Shown here in pieces: positions 53,701 to 64,000 of a stretch of DNA of 64,000 bases. The DNA is from Spirogloea muscicola. Taxonomy: Eukaryota. Both the position numbers and the translations under genes were made by a program. The DNA is taken from positions 756,561 through 820,560 of the forward strand of contig WELB01000013.1 of assembly GCA_009602725.1 (NCBI GenBank), in the 5' to 3' direction. The notes under the pieces were generated by a model. It did no database searches. It had not been told where the DNA came from and saw nothing but the letters and a program-made list of their open reading frames with translations. Within the stretch, counting starts at the first letter, position 1. Every line of letters starts with the position of its first letter.

Positions 53701-53936
53701 GACTTCCAGACGAGGTATGTGATACTCCCTTGCCCGTTGGGCATCCTGACGGACACAAATTGACAGAATTGATCGTCGGTCAGCAGTCTATTTCTTCTCT
53801 GCCTTCGTTCATAAAAGTTGTCTACCCTGCACAAATCCTTGCAATGACAAATTGCTCATTGCTTGTGGCTTCCTTTGGCAGGAACCAATTGTTTAAGCAC
53901 ATAAGCTCGACCGGCCATGCGATACCTAGAGGGTAG
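50758..53936 (+). CDS. JJJ1: DnaJ protein JJJ1/DNAJC21 homolog; J-domain presumably in gap 50240-50757
   Basis: [43 protein letters not shown]...[20 protein letters not shown]2H2 [26 protein letters not shown], an acidic linker, and a second C2H2 [23 protein letters not shown]. Confidence 0.92.
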
Positions 53937-54746
53937 CCTGTAGGAGCTCATGAGGGCAGTCGCACACGCGCCTAAGCTGTGGATAGGAGCTACAGTGTGG
54001 GCTACCATAGAGCTTCAAGATGTTGTGTGGGCCTTTGCCTTGCACCTCTGTGCCGGGGCTTGCCTCAGCAAGCATCAGCCTCCGCATCGGGCTTGCGGAC
54101 AAGGGTGCTCCTTTCTGACGGCAAGCAGTCCAAAGTTTTCTTTTCGACTTTTTGACACTGAGGGGTTTGAGTGCTCCCTTCAGGAGCTGTGTGGTAGGCT
54201 GAGTGGCCGTCGTTCCTGCTCGTTGTTCCTGTGCATGAGCAATTTATCGTGCATTGAATGCTCATTTCCTTGACCTGACATCCACACGCAATGCCGCTTA
54301 AGAAGGAGCTACTCCTTGTGGAGACTCTTCCGTGTGCTACTTACATGTCAGACACAAAATTTATTGTGACTAGCTCTTCTGCTTATTTTGTAGAACTCCA
54401 TACAAAGTGGCCTTTAATGTGTGCTAGGATTTGGCTTGTTCTGGGACTGTATACTAGGGTTTGCACTGACAATTAAGGCTTAAGCTAGTATCCGCGCCAA
54501 GTGTCTCATGGCCGAATCTTGATTTGAAGCGATACACCAACAATAAGGAGCTAGTGGTTCATGAGCTGATGAATTAGACACCCAAGATGTCCCCTTGTAC
54601 CCTGTGCTTAGTCTTGCATCCATTCACAGCCAGCTCGATGACGTCAGCCACTGCCAGGTAGTAGAGCGGCCAACAACATGAGGTGTCAATGCTGTGAATG
54701 AATGACTTCAGCCACTCAGGTAGTAGGGCGGTCAACAACATGCGTT

Positions 54747-57700
54747 TCAACGTAAGCGGGCCACGGGTGCCAGGCACTCGTACAGGTGGCCCATGCGAGC
54801 CGTCATGTGCAGCTTATACGCCACAGGGATGGCCGGCTCGGCAATATCCAGAATGTCCTCGCGTAACCTGCTTAAGGCAAAATTCAGCGTGACATAGGAT
54901 GAAGTAGCCTCCTCAAAAACAGCCGCAACAATGCTGACGGGCACAGATATACAGTGGGTGATTTGGGCTGGGGATAGCAAACGTTTAGACATGTGTTGTA
55001 ATGTAGGTCATGACAAGTAGGGGAATTTACAAGGAAAGAGACATACCGTGGCCATTCTCCGACAGCTGCAGCTGGAGCATGGGCTGCTTTGTAGAGCAGG
55101 TCAAGCTTGTATATGGTCATGCCCACCAGGTGGGGCGTCACGTCCACGTTCTGAAGAGGAAGGCTGACCATGTCAGTGCCTTTGTCCTTGGACTGCGCGG
55201 GTTGAAATTACAAAGCATTGCTTGTATGGAGTACCAATTGCACCTCTCTTGCCGGGCGACTTGGTATTATTTTCGCTTGCTGTGACCACAGTGATGACCA
55301 TACAAAGTATCAATGGAAGGTCTTACCTTTTGCTCAGATATGAGCTGGACTTGGAGAAGGTACCTCTCCACATCGGCAAGCAACAGCCGCCGCTTCAGTT
55401 GTGCGGCTCTTCCTCGCCCTTCGGCTCCCTTGCCCTACATGCGGAGGTACATAATGATCAATTGTGCATTGATATGCTCCACCAGATTGGCTGGTACTCT
55501 GTTGGCAGCATAGCCTCTCTTGGACTGTGAAAGGGCTGTACGTCACCACAACTGAGGCAACATAGTCATACACACCTCCAGTATCAACGCCTCAGACTGG
55601 GACAATGTCAAAGAAGAGGAGCTTTCAAACTGTAGCCAGATATACGTTGGCAGCTCCATACACATCATGAGCAAGCAAGTCTGAGCAACCCTCACAGACA
55701 TACTCTTTGAATGAAGTACCTTGCTCAAAGCTATCTGTCTGTACACTCCAATGGATCCAATGAGCACAAACAAAGCTGGCAGTGCCGCTAATACAGCAAA
55801 GTTGATCTCGTTTGCACGAAGAATCTGGTCGAGCTCAAGCATGGCCCTGCAGAAAAGGTCCAGCATCAGCAGCTTATGACTTTGTCATGTGCACAATCAG
55901 AATAGATTGAGCCCCGCAACCTCCAAGCTGCAGGTAGGCACACCCTGTCCAGTAGTAAAATTGCCGATGACAACGAAGACTCACATTTCAATGTCAAGCT
56001 TCAGCTTTTGAACCTGTCAATCACATCAAGTCACAACAACATGCATCAGCAGGTGCAAGATTGGACTGCTTAGCTTCATACTGGACCAACACAGCAAGAA
56101 GAGGAGACTCACAGAATACTTTGTTGCTGGCTAGATTCTAGAATGCCTTCTCTGAGATGAAGTATAGATAGACACAAAAACTTGATCAAAAGAGATCTCA
56201 CACAGTCAGGCTCCCATACTCATTCTGTTACCTGTATCAACATTGCCCTGGCAAGTTCCCCTCCAAGCAGGCTCGTGAGAGGGTGCATCAGCTCCTTTTC
56301 ATACCGCCCCATGACGACTTCCATGAGCTCCTGATCAGTGGCATCCGGTTTCAGCTTGACTCCCGCTTGGTCACAAAATGCTGTCAACATCCTGAAAGCC
56401 AGAGGAGAAAGTTGCAGATCCGTAGGTGGTCGTGTAACAGCTGGCATAGGTACGAAACACGTCCACAACATGTACTGTCCGTCCAGCAGTACATGCTAAT
56501 TGAAAATTAAATTTGCCAGCATTGCAGCCGTCCTACTGTACCTTCTCAGAGACTCTGTTGACAAGTGAACCTCTTCCAGTTGTGTGCTGCTTTGAGGACG
56601 CCTTCGGTAGGTCTCAAACAGGTCATCTCGAATTTGTACAAGCTGCCAACATGGAAAGACAGGCCAGTAAATAGAAGTACAAGGCTGGAGCAGATCATAT
56701 GAAGCAACTGAGATCAACAGCTGAGGAATGTAGTAGCAGCCGCTTACAGGATCTATCAGATGGTCCTTGAAGAACACCACTGCTGACTCTTGGCCCTGCT
56801 TCATCCAGTTGTCGAGGTCGCTGCTACCAGCTAGTCTGCTATGCTTGACAGCCCACCCAGTTGCCACTGCTAGGCCAAGAGCTGCTCCTGTATATCGTAT
56901 CCAGTGTCTGGCCCCTCTCCTTGGTCTCCGATAGTATTTCATCTACAAGATGGATGTTGACCACAGCAATGCATATCACTTTCTCTTATCAAGAATGTCA
57001 TAGCATGAATCTTACTCCCTACTAAGTCTGACAACCATGGCAGAGTGAAGCTAAGCGGAGCGCATGTGCTTCCTCAGCATCCTCGACAGATCCTGGTCTA
57101 CACGATTTCACAGTACCAATGTTGCTAGTGCTTCCTCCACAGCAGTCATGTGCTCCTCAAGGACCTCAAGGAAGTTCTCCACGTCCTTAAGCACGTGCTC
57201 AGTGTCCGTACCGGACCCGTCCTCTGAATTGGTCTGATGTGCCCTTCTTAAGTGAAGAGCTATGCTACGAGTTTCAGCAGGCGGCAGACTCGCTTGCAGC
57301 TCTTCCTGCAATGAGACAGCGTAAGCTTGAGCACGGCTCAACAATGATTATAGGCTAAATCAAGCTGGAATATAAGTACATTGCCCCTTTGTTGTCAGAT
57401 ATGCCAAAACTAATGACAAACGAGCACAAAGGAGCTCACAACACACACTAACCTGTGGCAGGTCATAAACATCTTCAAGATTATGCAAGCTTCTCCCTAT
57501 TGCTTGCAAGGTCTCAAGGATCACAGCTGCACCCCTTTTCTCGACGTGGGCCTCCAACATTGCGGCCTGAGTATGTACCTACAGCACAAGAACAGTGGTG
57601 CAAAGTCAACTGAACTGGATGTTAACCTTCCCAGACTTTACCTGTGAGTGTTTGAGCAACTACCTCAAGGCCCTGCATCGAGTCGCACCCTGCTGCAATT

Positions 57701-59017
57701 CACCTCACCTCCTTGCAACTTGCTATAACAATAAGTGTCGAGTATCAAAGTTCGTTTGACTCTTACATCTGCACCTGCATTGAGAGTGTCAGTTGAAACA
57801 AGACTATGTGATGCATCCGTACCTCTGCAAGAGTAGACGCTAAGCGCTGGCTGAGGAGCTCCAGCATCTTGAGCCTCTCTGCTATCTGAACCGCTGCTCG
57901 GGTAGTCAGGTCAGGAGGCTGGTCTGTAAGCCAGGCCTGAGCGACTCTGGCTAAGCTTGAAAAGAATGTCCAGGGCCCTCGCTCCAGAAGCATGAACTGC
58001 AGCTTTGCCCCCTCGCTGCCCTGCATGCACGACAACCCTGCAAGGTCTGCGTCAGTGACAAGATGTGCACACGGTCGTATCAATTAGTATCGTATCAATT
58101 AGTACTAAGTGCACCTCAGCGTCCACCCACACAAGCAAGGAGCTCTTGCTTGTAACCTTGCTTTTGCTGTTATAACGTGCAACCACAGCTCCCAGCATCT
58201 TACTTGGGCGCGGGATAGCCAAAAGTGCAGATTCTTGGAGACGAGGTGTAAGGACTGCCGAAGGCGCTGCGACATGTCCTCCATGGCATGCATGGCCTTC
58301 TCGCAGGCCTCTGCTAGCCCTCTGCAAAGCATGGCAGGAAAGGTATGCAAGAGACCAAGAGGGAACATGGTAAGTATCTGTGTTGCTACGACATTTTCAA
58401 CAGGATCTTGACTGCATGCCAATGCTATTGCTTTGTGATGCATTTGAGGATTTTCACAGGTAGTGGCAGGCATTAAGCAGCGCGAGAAGATAGCAAGTGA
58501 CGCTGTTTGCTCACTTTTTGTCAGGCTGTGTCTTCAAAGAGAGCAGTAATTTGTCACGGACCTCCTCCCTGATCAGCGGGAGGCCCTCGAAAGGCTTCTT
58601 GCGGGAGAAAAGGGGACTCACTGCCTGCAGCACTCTCCTGATCACGTCCTGGGACGATTCCAGCAACGGCGGAGGTCCTTCTGTGTGCTGCTTTTCTGTC
58701 TGACCACTTCCGCTTGCTGCTCACACACTCACATGAGGAGTATTTGATCAGCCCGCCAGATCCGTGTACTACGCATGCTACATAAGCTTTCTAAGACGTT
58801 GCAAAGCTGATTGTAATGCACGGGTGCCAGTGAGGCCTATAAGGGCCGCTTGGAGTCCAGCGTGAATTGCATGGCAAGCCAGGCAGTCAACAAGATGCTC
58901 ACACCTCCCAGGGAAGACATGAGAGGCACCAGCGAGCCATCGGTAAACCAAAGTGGCAGCGCCGACCAGCACTGCTCGTTGCAGGAGAGAGTCGGCCGGC
59001 AGGCTGAGCTCACCCAT
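54747..59017 (-). CDS. DGS1: Mitochondrial outer-membrane DGS1 (NCA2 domain)
   Basis: NLHFWLSRA, FMLLERGP, KYYRRPRRGARHWIRYTGAALGL, LVQIRDDLFETYRRR, MGRYEKELMHPLTSLLGGELARAMLIQ, AMLELDQILRANEINFAVLAALPA. Confidence 0.9.
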
Positions 59018-59429
59018 CGTGATCGCGGTGGCCGATAAGCAGGTAGGAGATGACGCCCCGGCGCTGGCGCGCGACTACAGCTAGCTCGATGTCAATCGAG
59101 GGGTATGGACCAGAGAGGAGGCCTGCAGGCGCTCCATGGCAGGGCTGCCGCGCGCTCGGCCTCGACTCGGACCGCCGCACGACGTCGAGGGTGGTCGCCG
59201 GAAGGCGGCGAGCCGGTCGTCGAGCACGCGCGGCTCAGAGCTTCCCGCGCTCATCAGAAGCCGAGCGGCGGAGCTCGCCGGGGATAGGACGCGGCCGCGG
59301 CGTCGTTAGTCCGCCGGCGCGCCCGAGCCGGGGCTGGCCAGGCGCCCGCCGAGCCCGGCCCGCCGTCGCCGCCTTGTCCAGGAGCTGGGAGCTGATCGGC
59401 CTGTCGGGGCCACTGAGGCCTGCTAACCA

Positions 59430-62400
59430 TTGTGGAAGTGAGCCATTGTGGAAGTGAGCAATATAATGCCCATCACCACGGATTCCCAGGGACGCCATCA
59501 CCGTCGCACCCTGGACATTGTGAGTGTACAACCTGGCGGAGGCCCACGAAAGAGAAAGTGCTCGCCCTGAGAGAAGGGTCCTGAGAAAAGGGGGGCTAAC
59601 AAAGCCAGCCCAAAAAAGAATAGACAATGTCCACATTTAAAGAAAAAGGACTACACTACAAAACACGAGATGATGCAGAAGGAAGCTCAGTACCCGCGAG
59701 TGAGCAACATCAAGTCAGAGTAGCTCGCTGCAGGGCACTCCGCCGAGACCCAGAGAGAAGTGGCTCTCCCAACCCAGAGCAGCCATAGCACGGCCTGCTC
59801 GCGTGTGGACGGCGTGGGCTAGGGGGGAAGCGGCTGCTGATATCAAAAGAGCGGCTGTGAAAGCCAGCCAGATGCATACAGGTGTTCATGACGGAGCCAC
59901 AGGCTAGACAGCCAGGGCGCTCTTAGTAACCCCGTGTCAGCAGTAAGAAGTCAGATGAGCTGAGGGGAGGAAGATCAACCCCGCTGCGCAAGCCAGAGGC
60001 TGCTGCAAGGGCACGACCAGCGCGGCGATGCAAAGCAAGCGCTTGGGAACGCTGTAGCGAATATAGACAAACGCATACGGTAGCAGGACACAAGACCCAA
60101 AGGCACCGAGCCACCGGGAAGGGCTGCACCCTGTTCCCGGCGCCGCTGGTCAGCTTGAGATGCCAGCAGCGAAAGTAACGAGGACCACCGACCCCCGTAA
60201 CACCCATGGATGTCCATGGCCAGGGGGTAAAAGGTATCACCCGCCGGGTGGTCCTTGTACTTGTGCAACTTCTTCTGTTCGGCCACCTTCACGGCATAGC
60301 CGGTCTCAGAAGTTACGGGGCCCTTCGTCCGGAAGCTGTCGGTTAGGACGACGTCCATGAGAAGCCACTTGCCACCTCCCAGGGGGACGCCGACCAGATC
60401 GACACGCCGCATCCGAGGGACCCCGTTGCGGAGCTGGACGGGCATCACCCCGGTGCTCTCCAACGCCACTTGATATCCCGCCTCCTTGACGATGCCATAC
60501 ATGGCGTCACGTAGGAGGTTGTGGGAGCCCGTGCGCTCACTGCCTTTGGCACACCTGAGCATGTGGTCACCCATGAGCACTGCATCATGCTCAATAAGCC
60601 CACATTCACATTGGGTCACCCCTGCCAAGCACAGGGATGGTAAGCCAAGACGGCGGCGCAAAGGGAGCGTTGAAACGAGACCGCCAGGCGCATGCGGCAT
60701 ACCTGGGCGAGCGAACCGGCGGCGTTGAAGACGGGCATCGCCCCGGGCAGACCTGGCCGCCGATCAATGCCTGACGGGCTAGCCGCTGGAGGAGATCCAG
60801 CCAGCGGCTGCCGAAAGCCCCGTGTACGTCGATCGCCCAGGGCCGCGATTTCATCACCAACCGGGTGATACGGCGTATTTGGCGTAACCTTGGTTGATGT
60901 GGTGGTGACGGGGGCATACAAGAGTTCCGCATTGACGCACATCCCTGGCCACGCAGTGGGAGGTGCTGAGCAGAGAAAGAAGGGCTCGCCCATTGAGGAT
61001 AGGGGCTGGAAAAAGCCAGCCCAAACAGAATAAACAGAGGACGAGAAGGGGAGAGAAAGCTCCGACACTACTCTGACTAACCCCCGCAGCGACCAACCCT
61101 ACCGGCAGCAGTTGACACTTTCGGCTGCATGGGCCCTCGCTTCCATACCCTACTGGAGAATACCGCAAACTTGGGATATGCTCGACGTGAGGATGTGCTT
61201 CCAGCTCAGGTGGGCATGCCGGCGGCCTACTTTTCGTTCTTGCGACGTCGAGTGTCAGCTTGTCTGCAGCGAGCTCAGGCTCATGCGTTGCATCAGAAAG
61301 CTGGTCGAGCCTTAGCTGGTAGCTCAGGAGCTTGTCGATTGCCGTCCAGTATTCGGGCATCAGTTAGAGACCTCTATGTGTTGACTCGTGGTTACTGAGC
61401 GGGTCAGCTTAGCAGCAGGTGACTTACATTTGTCAATGTGCTTGCCTTTGTGCTTGGTCACACAGGCCCTCCATCTCCTAATTCACACTCATTGCTACCT
61501 GGAGGACTAGTTTCTCTGACCTGCGGCTGCTCACTAAGAGAATTTTCGTGTATTTGAAAATAAACGATGGCCGAAACGGCCAAGTACACAGGCAAGCACA
61601 TTCTATGACATACATCACCCACTGCAAATTGACCCGCTCAGTGACCACGGGTCAATACATGAAGGTCGCTGACCGATGCCTGAATATGGGATGGCAGATA
61701 CGAAGCCCTTTCTGCCATCGTCAATTCTTTTCGGGCTGGCTTTTCACAGCCCTTTGCCCCAACGGGAGAGCCACCTCTCTTTATCACAGCCCTTGCCCCC
61801 ATTGGGAGAGCCACTTCTTCTGACACCAACCAGAGCTCGCCCAGCTTTCTGGTGCGAAGCATGAGCTTGAGCACGCTGCAAACAGGCCGTCACTCGTCGT
61901 TGCAAGAGCGACAAATATGCAGCTGGAAAGCCCATCTCAGCTGGAAGCCTATTCTGAAGAACAATAGCCTATTCTGAAGAAGAGTGTGAAACAAGGACCC
62001 TAAACAGCCAAAGATAAAGATATCGACTGCAGCTGGCAGGAGCTGATCGCATCGGGGGTAATTGATGTAGTGCTGCAGCTTTCTATGTTCTGCACTTCCC
62101 ACTGAGAGCTGCTACCTGGAGACACGTTTCTCTGACCTGCGGCTGCTCACAAGGCAATGTTGAGCACTCGATGGCTACTTGAGTCGCCGTGTGCATTAGC
62201 GATTTTCTGGCCCCTTCGAGAGCCACTTTCTTTCCTTTGAACGTTCGTTCATTCTCGTTCTGAGCTGGCCAATCAAGTTCATCGCCCTCTACACTCGCCT
62301 TCGCCCCCGCTCTCGCCCTCGCCTCGCCCTTGGGAGAGCCACGTCTTCTACTTGACGATCCTAATGGGCAAGCTTTGAGAAAGCGCTTTTGGCCCGTGCA

Positions 62401-62720
62401 GACCTTGTTTCGGGCTGGCTATTGACAGCCCTTGCCCAATCGGAAGAGCCACTTTCTTTCGTTCTTTCGATCATGCTTACATTTCTTCAAAGAAGAACCA
62501 GTTTTTCAAGGGGTGGAGGGCTGTAAGGAGGGAAAAGCTCTTCCAATGTAGGACAAAGGCTGTGTTTGCTGTAGTATCTAGCATAGCTGTGTGGTTTTAG
62601 CACCTTTCACAGCCCTTTACATTTATCTCTCCTTTCAACCTTGTCCTTTCTTTCTGGGCTGGCTTTTCAAAGCCCTCGCCCGAGCTTGCTACTTTGTGAG
62701 AGGCAAGCCCTCAGGAATAA
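59430..62720. mobile_element. Large cluster (about 10 or more pieces) of CRE-like RLE non-LTR retrotransposon fragments
   Basis: Longest piece 59923-60660 (-): RRLGLP...CECG...DHMLRCAKGSERTGSHNLLRD (zinc knuckle), then RRVDLVG...LMDVVLTD...EQKKLHKY...FYPLAMDIHGCYG (RLE-like), then ...LLLTRGY*. Further ends at 59687, 61398, 61638 and about 62150. Confidence 0.85.
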
Positions 62721-62985
62721 TGAGGTCTTACAGGGCCAGAAGGCGCAACGACTCGAAACTTTCTCCGTGATATCTAGAAATGTCAAGGGCCACCCCCCCC
62801 CACGAAAGGGAATAAAGGAAGAAAGAAGCTCTTTCAAGGGCGACGATGTGACAGGCCAGCCCAAACAGGCCGGAGTGTCGACTTACAAGTAGGTCCAGAT
62901 GCGAAAGCGGACATGGATATAATCCTGAATGAGCTTCAGAACAGAGTTTGTCAATCGACTTGCATGTCAACAACATGATAGCTGT

Positions 62986-64000
62986 TCATGTAACTTGACA
63001 AACTGCAGCAGCAGCAGTTGTGCCCACATGAGCAGCTGCAGCAGCCTTTTGCTTGATCGTCTCATAATCTCTAGCCTTCATGGCCCTCTTGTCAAAGATG
63101 GCACTAGAGAGGACGACTGCTAAAGCTCCTGCAGCAATGTAGGGAGCTACCATGTCTGCAGAGAGAAAGCAGAGCGTAAGCTGCCTGCTGCTCTGGCACC
63201 TGAATACTGAAAAGCTGGAGAGCCTTAAGGAATGCTGTAGGCTGGCAGGCACAAATAATCAATACGCATACGCATGCAGATGCACAATCAAAGAAGCTGA
63301 ATCAGAGCACCTAAACACCTACAGTGAGTTCAGAATTTAGACCCAAAACCCTCAATAGCGGACCTCACCAAGTTGTATTCCATGGGCAGGGACAAAAGAT
63401 GCATCCTTCACGATGCGTGCCATTGCTTGGAGAAGGTCTGTGCCCCCAGCTGCCTCTATTGGAAATATCTGCACAGACACAATAGCATTTCTTTTGAATG
63501 ACTCGATGCCAAGTCAACAAGCTGGGACACATACAGGCCCCTAGGCCCCTTACCCTAAGATCATAGCAAGACAGACCATTCACTTCACCTTTATTAGGTT
63601 GGCACCTCCAAAGTGTGCCTGCACAATCTGTCAGTCAACCAGATAGAGCTTAGAAGAAATTCAACAACATGCCTAGACTCATAGTCATTGCTGTACGTCA
63701 ACACATCAGATTGCCACACAGCGCCACATCACATGAGCGTACCTCAGTTGGTGTCATGGCGCCAGGTATGAAGAGCACGGGGCGAGGCAGCCTACTACAG
63801 TGCTTAAATAATGCCTGCAGATGTAAGATGAGATGAGCCTGAAATGAGAACATTCTGTATTGGGTCATTGAGCAGCCAATTAGCACCCTCTTGAGATCAT
63901 TGTCCACTTTCGAAGCATGAGGCGCTCAAGCGCACACTTTGAGGTCAGCTTGGCCTTCACCTCATTGTAAACGGGGCTTAACAGAAACTCTGCACCAGCT
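62986..64000 (-). CDS. eda: KDPG/KHG aldolase (Entner-Doudoroff aldolase), 3' exons; gene continues beyond window
   Basis: AGAEFLLSPVYNE|...LFIPGAMTPTE|IVQAHFGGANLIK|IFPIEAAGG...FVPAHGI|...YIAAGALAVVLSSAIF. The K|IFP position matches the Schiff-base lysine motif. Confidence 0.85.

Noticed and set aside
58076..58105. Short perfect tandem duplications (also 59428-59460, 61947-61982, 1517-1582)
   Set aside because: Local slippage-type duplications with no further structure.

Overview
Eukaryotic nuclear DNA from a GC-rich, intron-rich green-lineage genome, most consistent with a streptophyte alga. A Zygnematophyceae-like source such as Spirogloea is my inference from land-plant-type genes (NdhT, PPD7, DGS1, PYD1, a RIC-type CRIB), short introns, TTTAGGG-like tracts and gaps at (CGG)n 5' ends. 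About 19 spliced genes or gene parts are recognisable: RAD1 (3' part), DNA polymerase eta, NDUFAF6, RCC2-like, NdhT, RSM22/METTL17, an uncharacterised protein, PYD1, PUR5/purM, a WH1+CRIB protein, PPD7, CFIm25, a second uncharacterised protein, VPS36, LSM7, a MED15-like KIX protein, JJJ1/DNAJC21, DGS1 and KDPG aldolase (3' part). There is also a stray CCCH zinc-finger exon. Intergenic DNA carries many 5'-truncated copies of several subfamilies of a CRE-like (RLE-endonuclease) non-LTR retrotransposon. They share a C-terminal 'SDxxxLTRxY*' motif, most carry a covarying 3'-UTR hairpin, and they are stacked in tandem, mostly just upstream of genes. A Gypsy-type integrase relic is also present. The most striking item is a manually spliced gene (25944-28761, minus) whose product has a WASP-like order (WH1/EVH1 - basic - CRIB - polyproline) but a land-plant RIC-type CRIB and no visible VCA. 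All identifications are by eye from motifs; no database searches were run.
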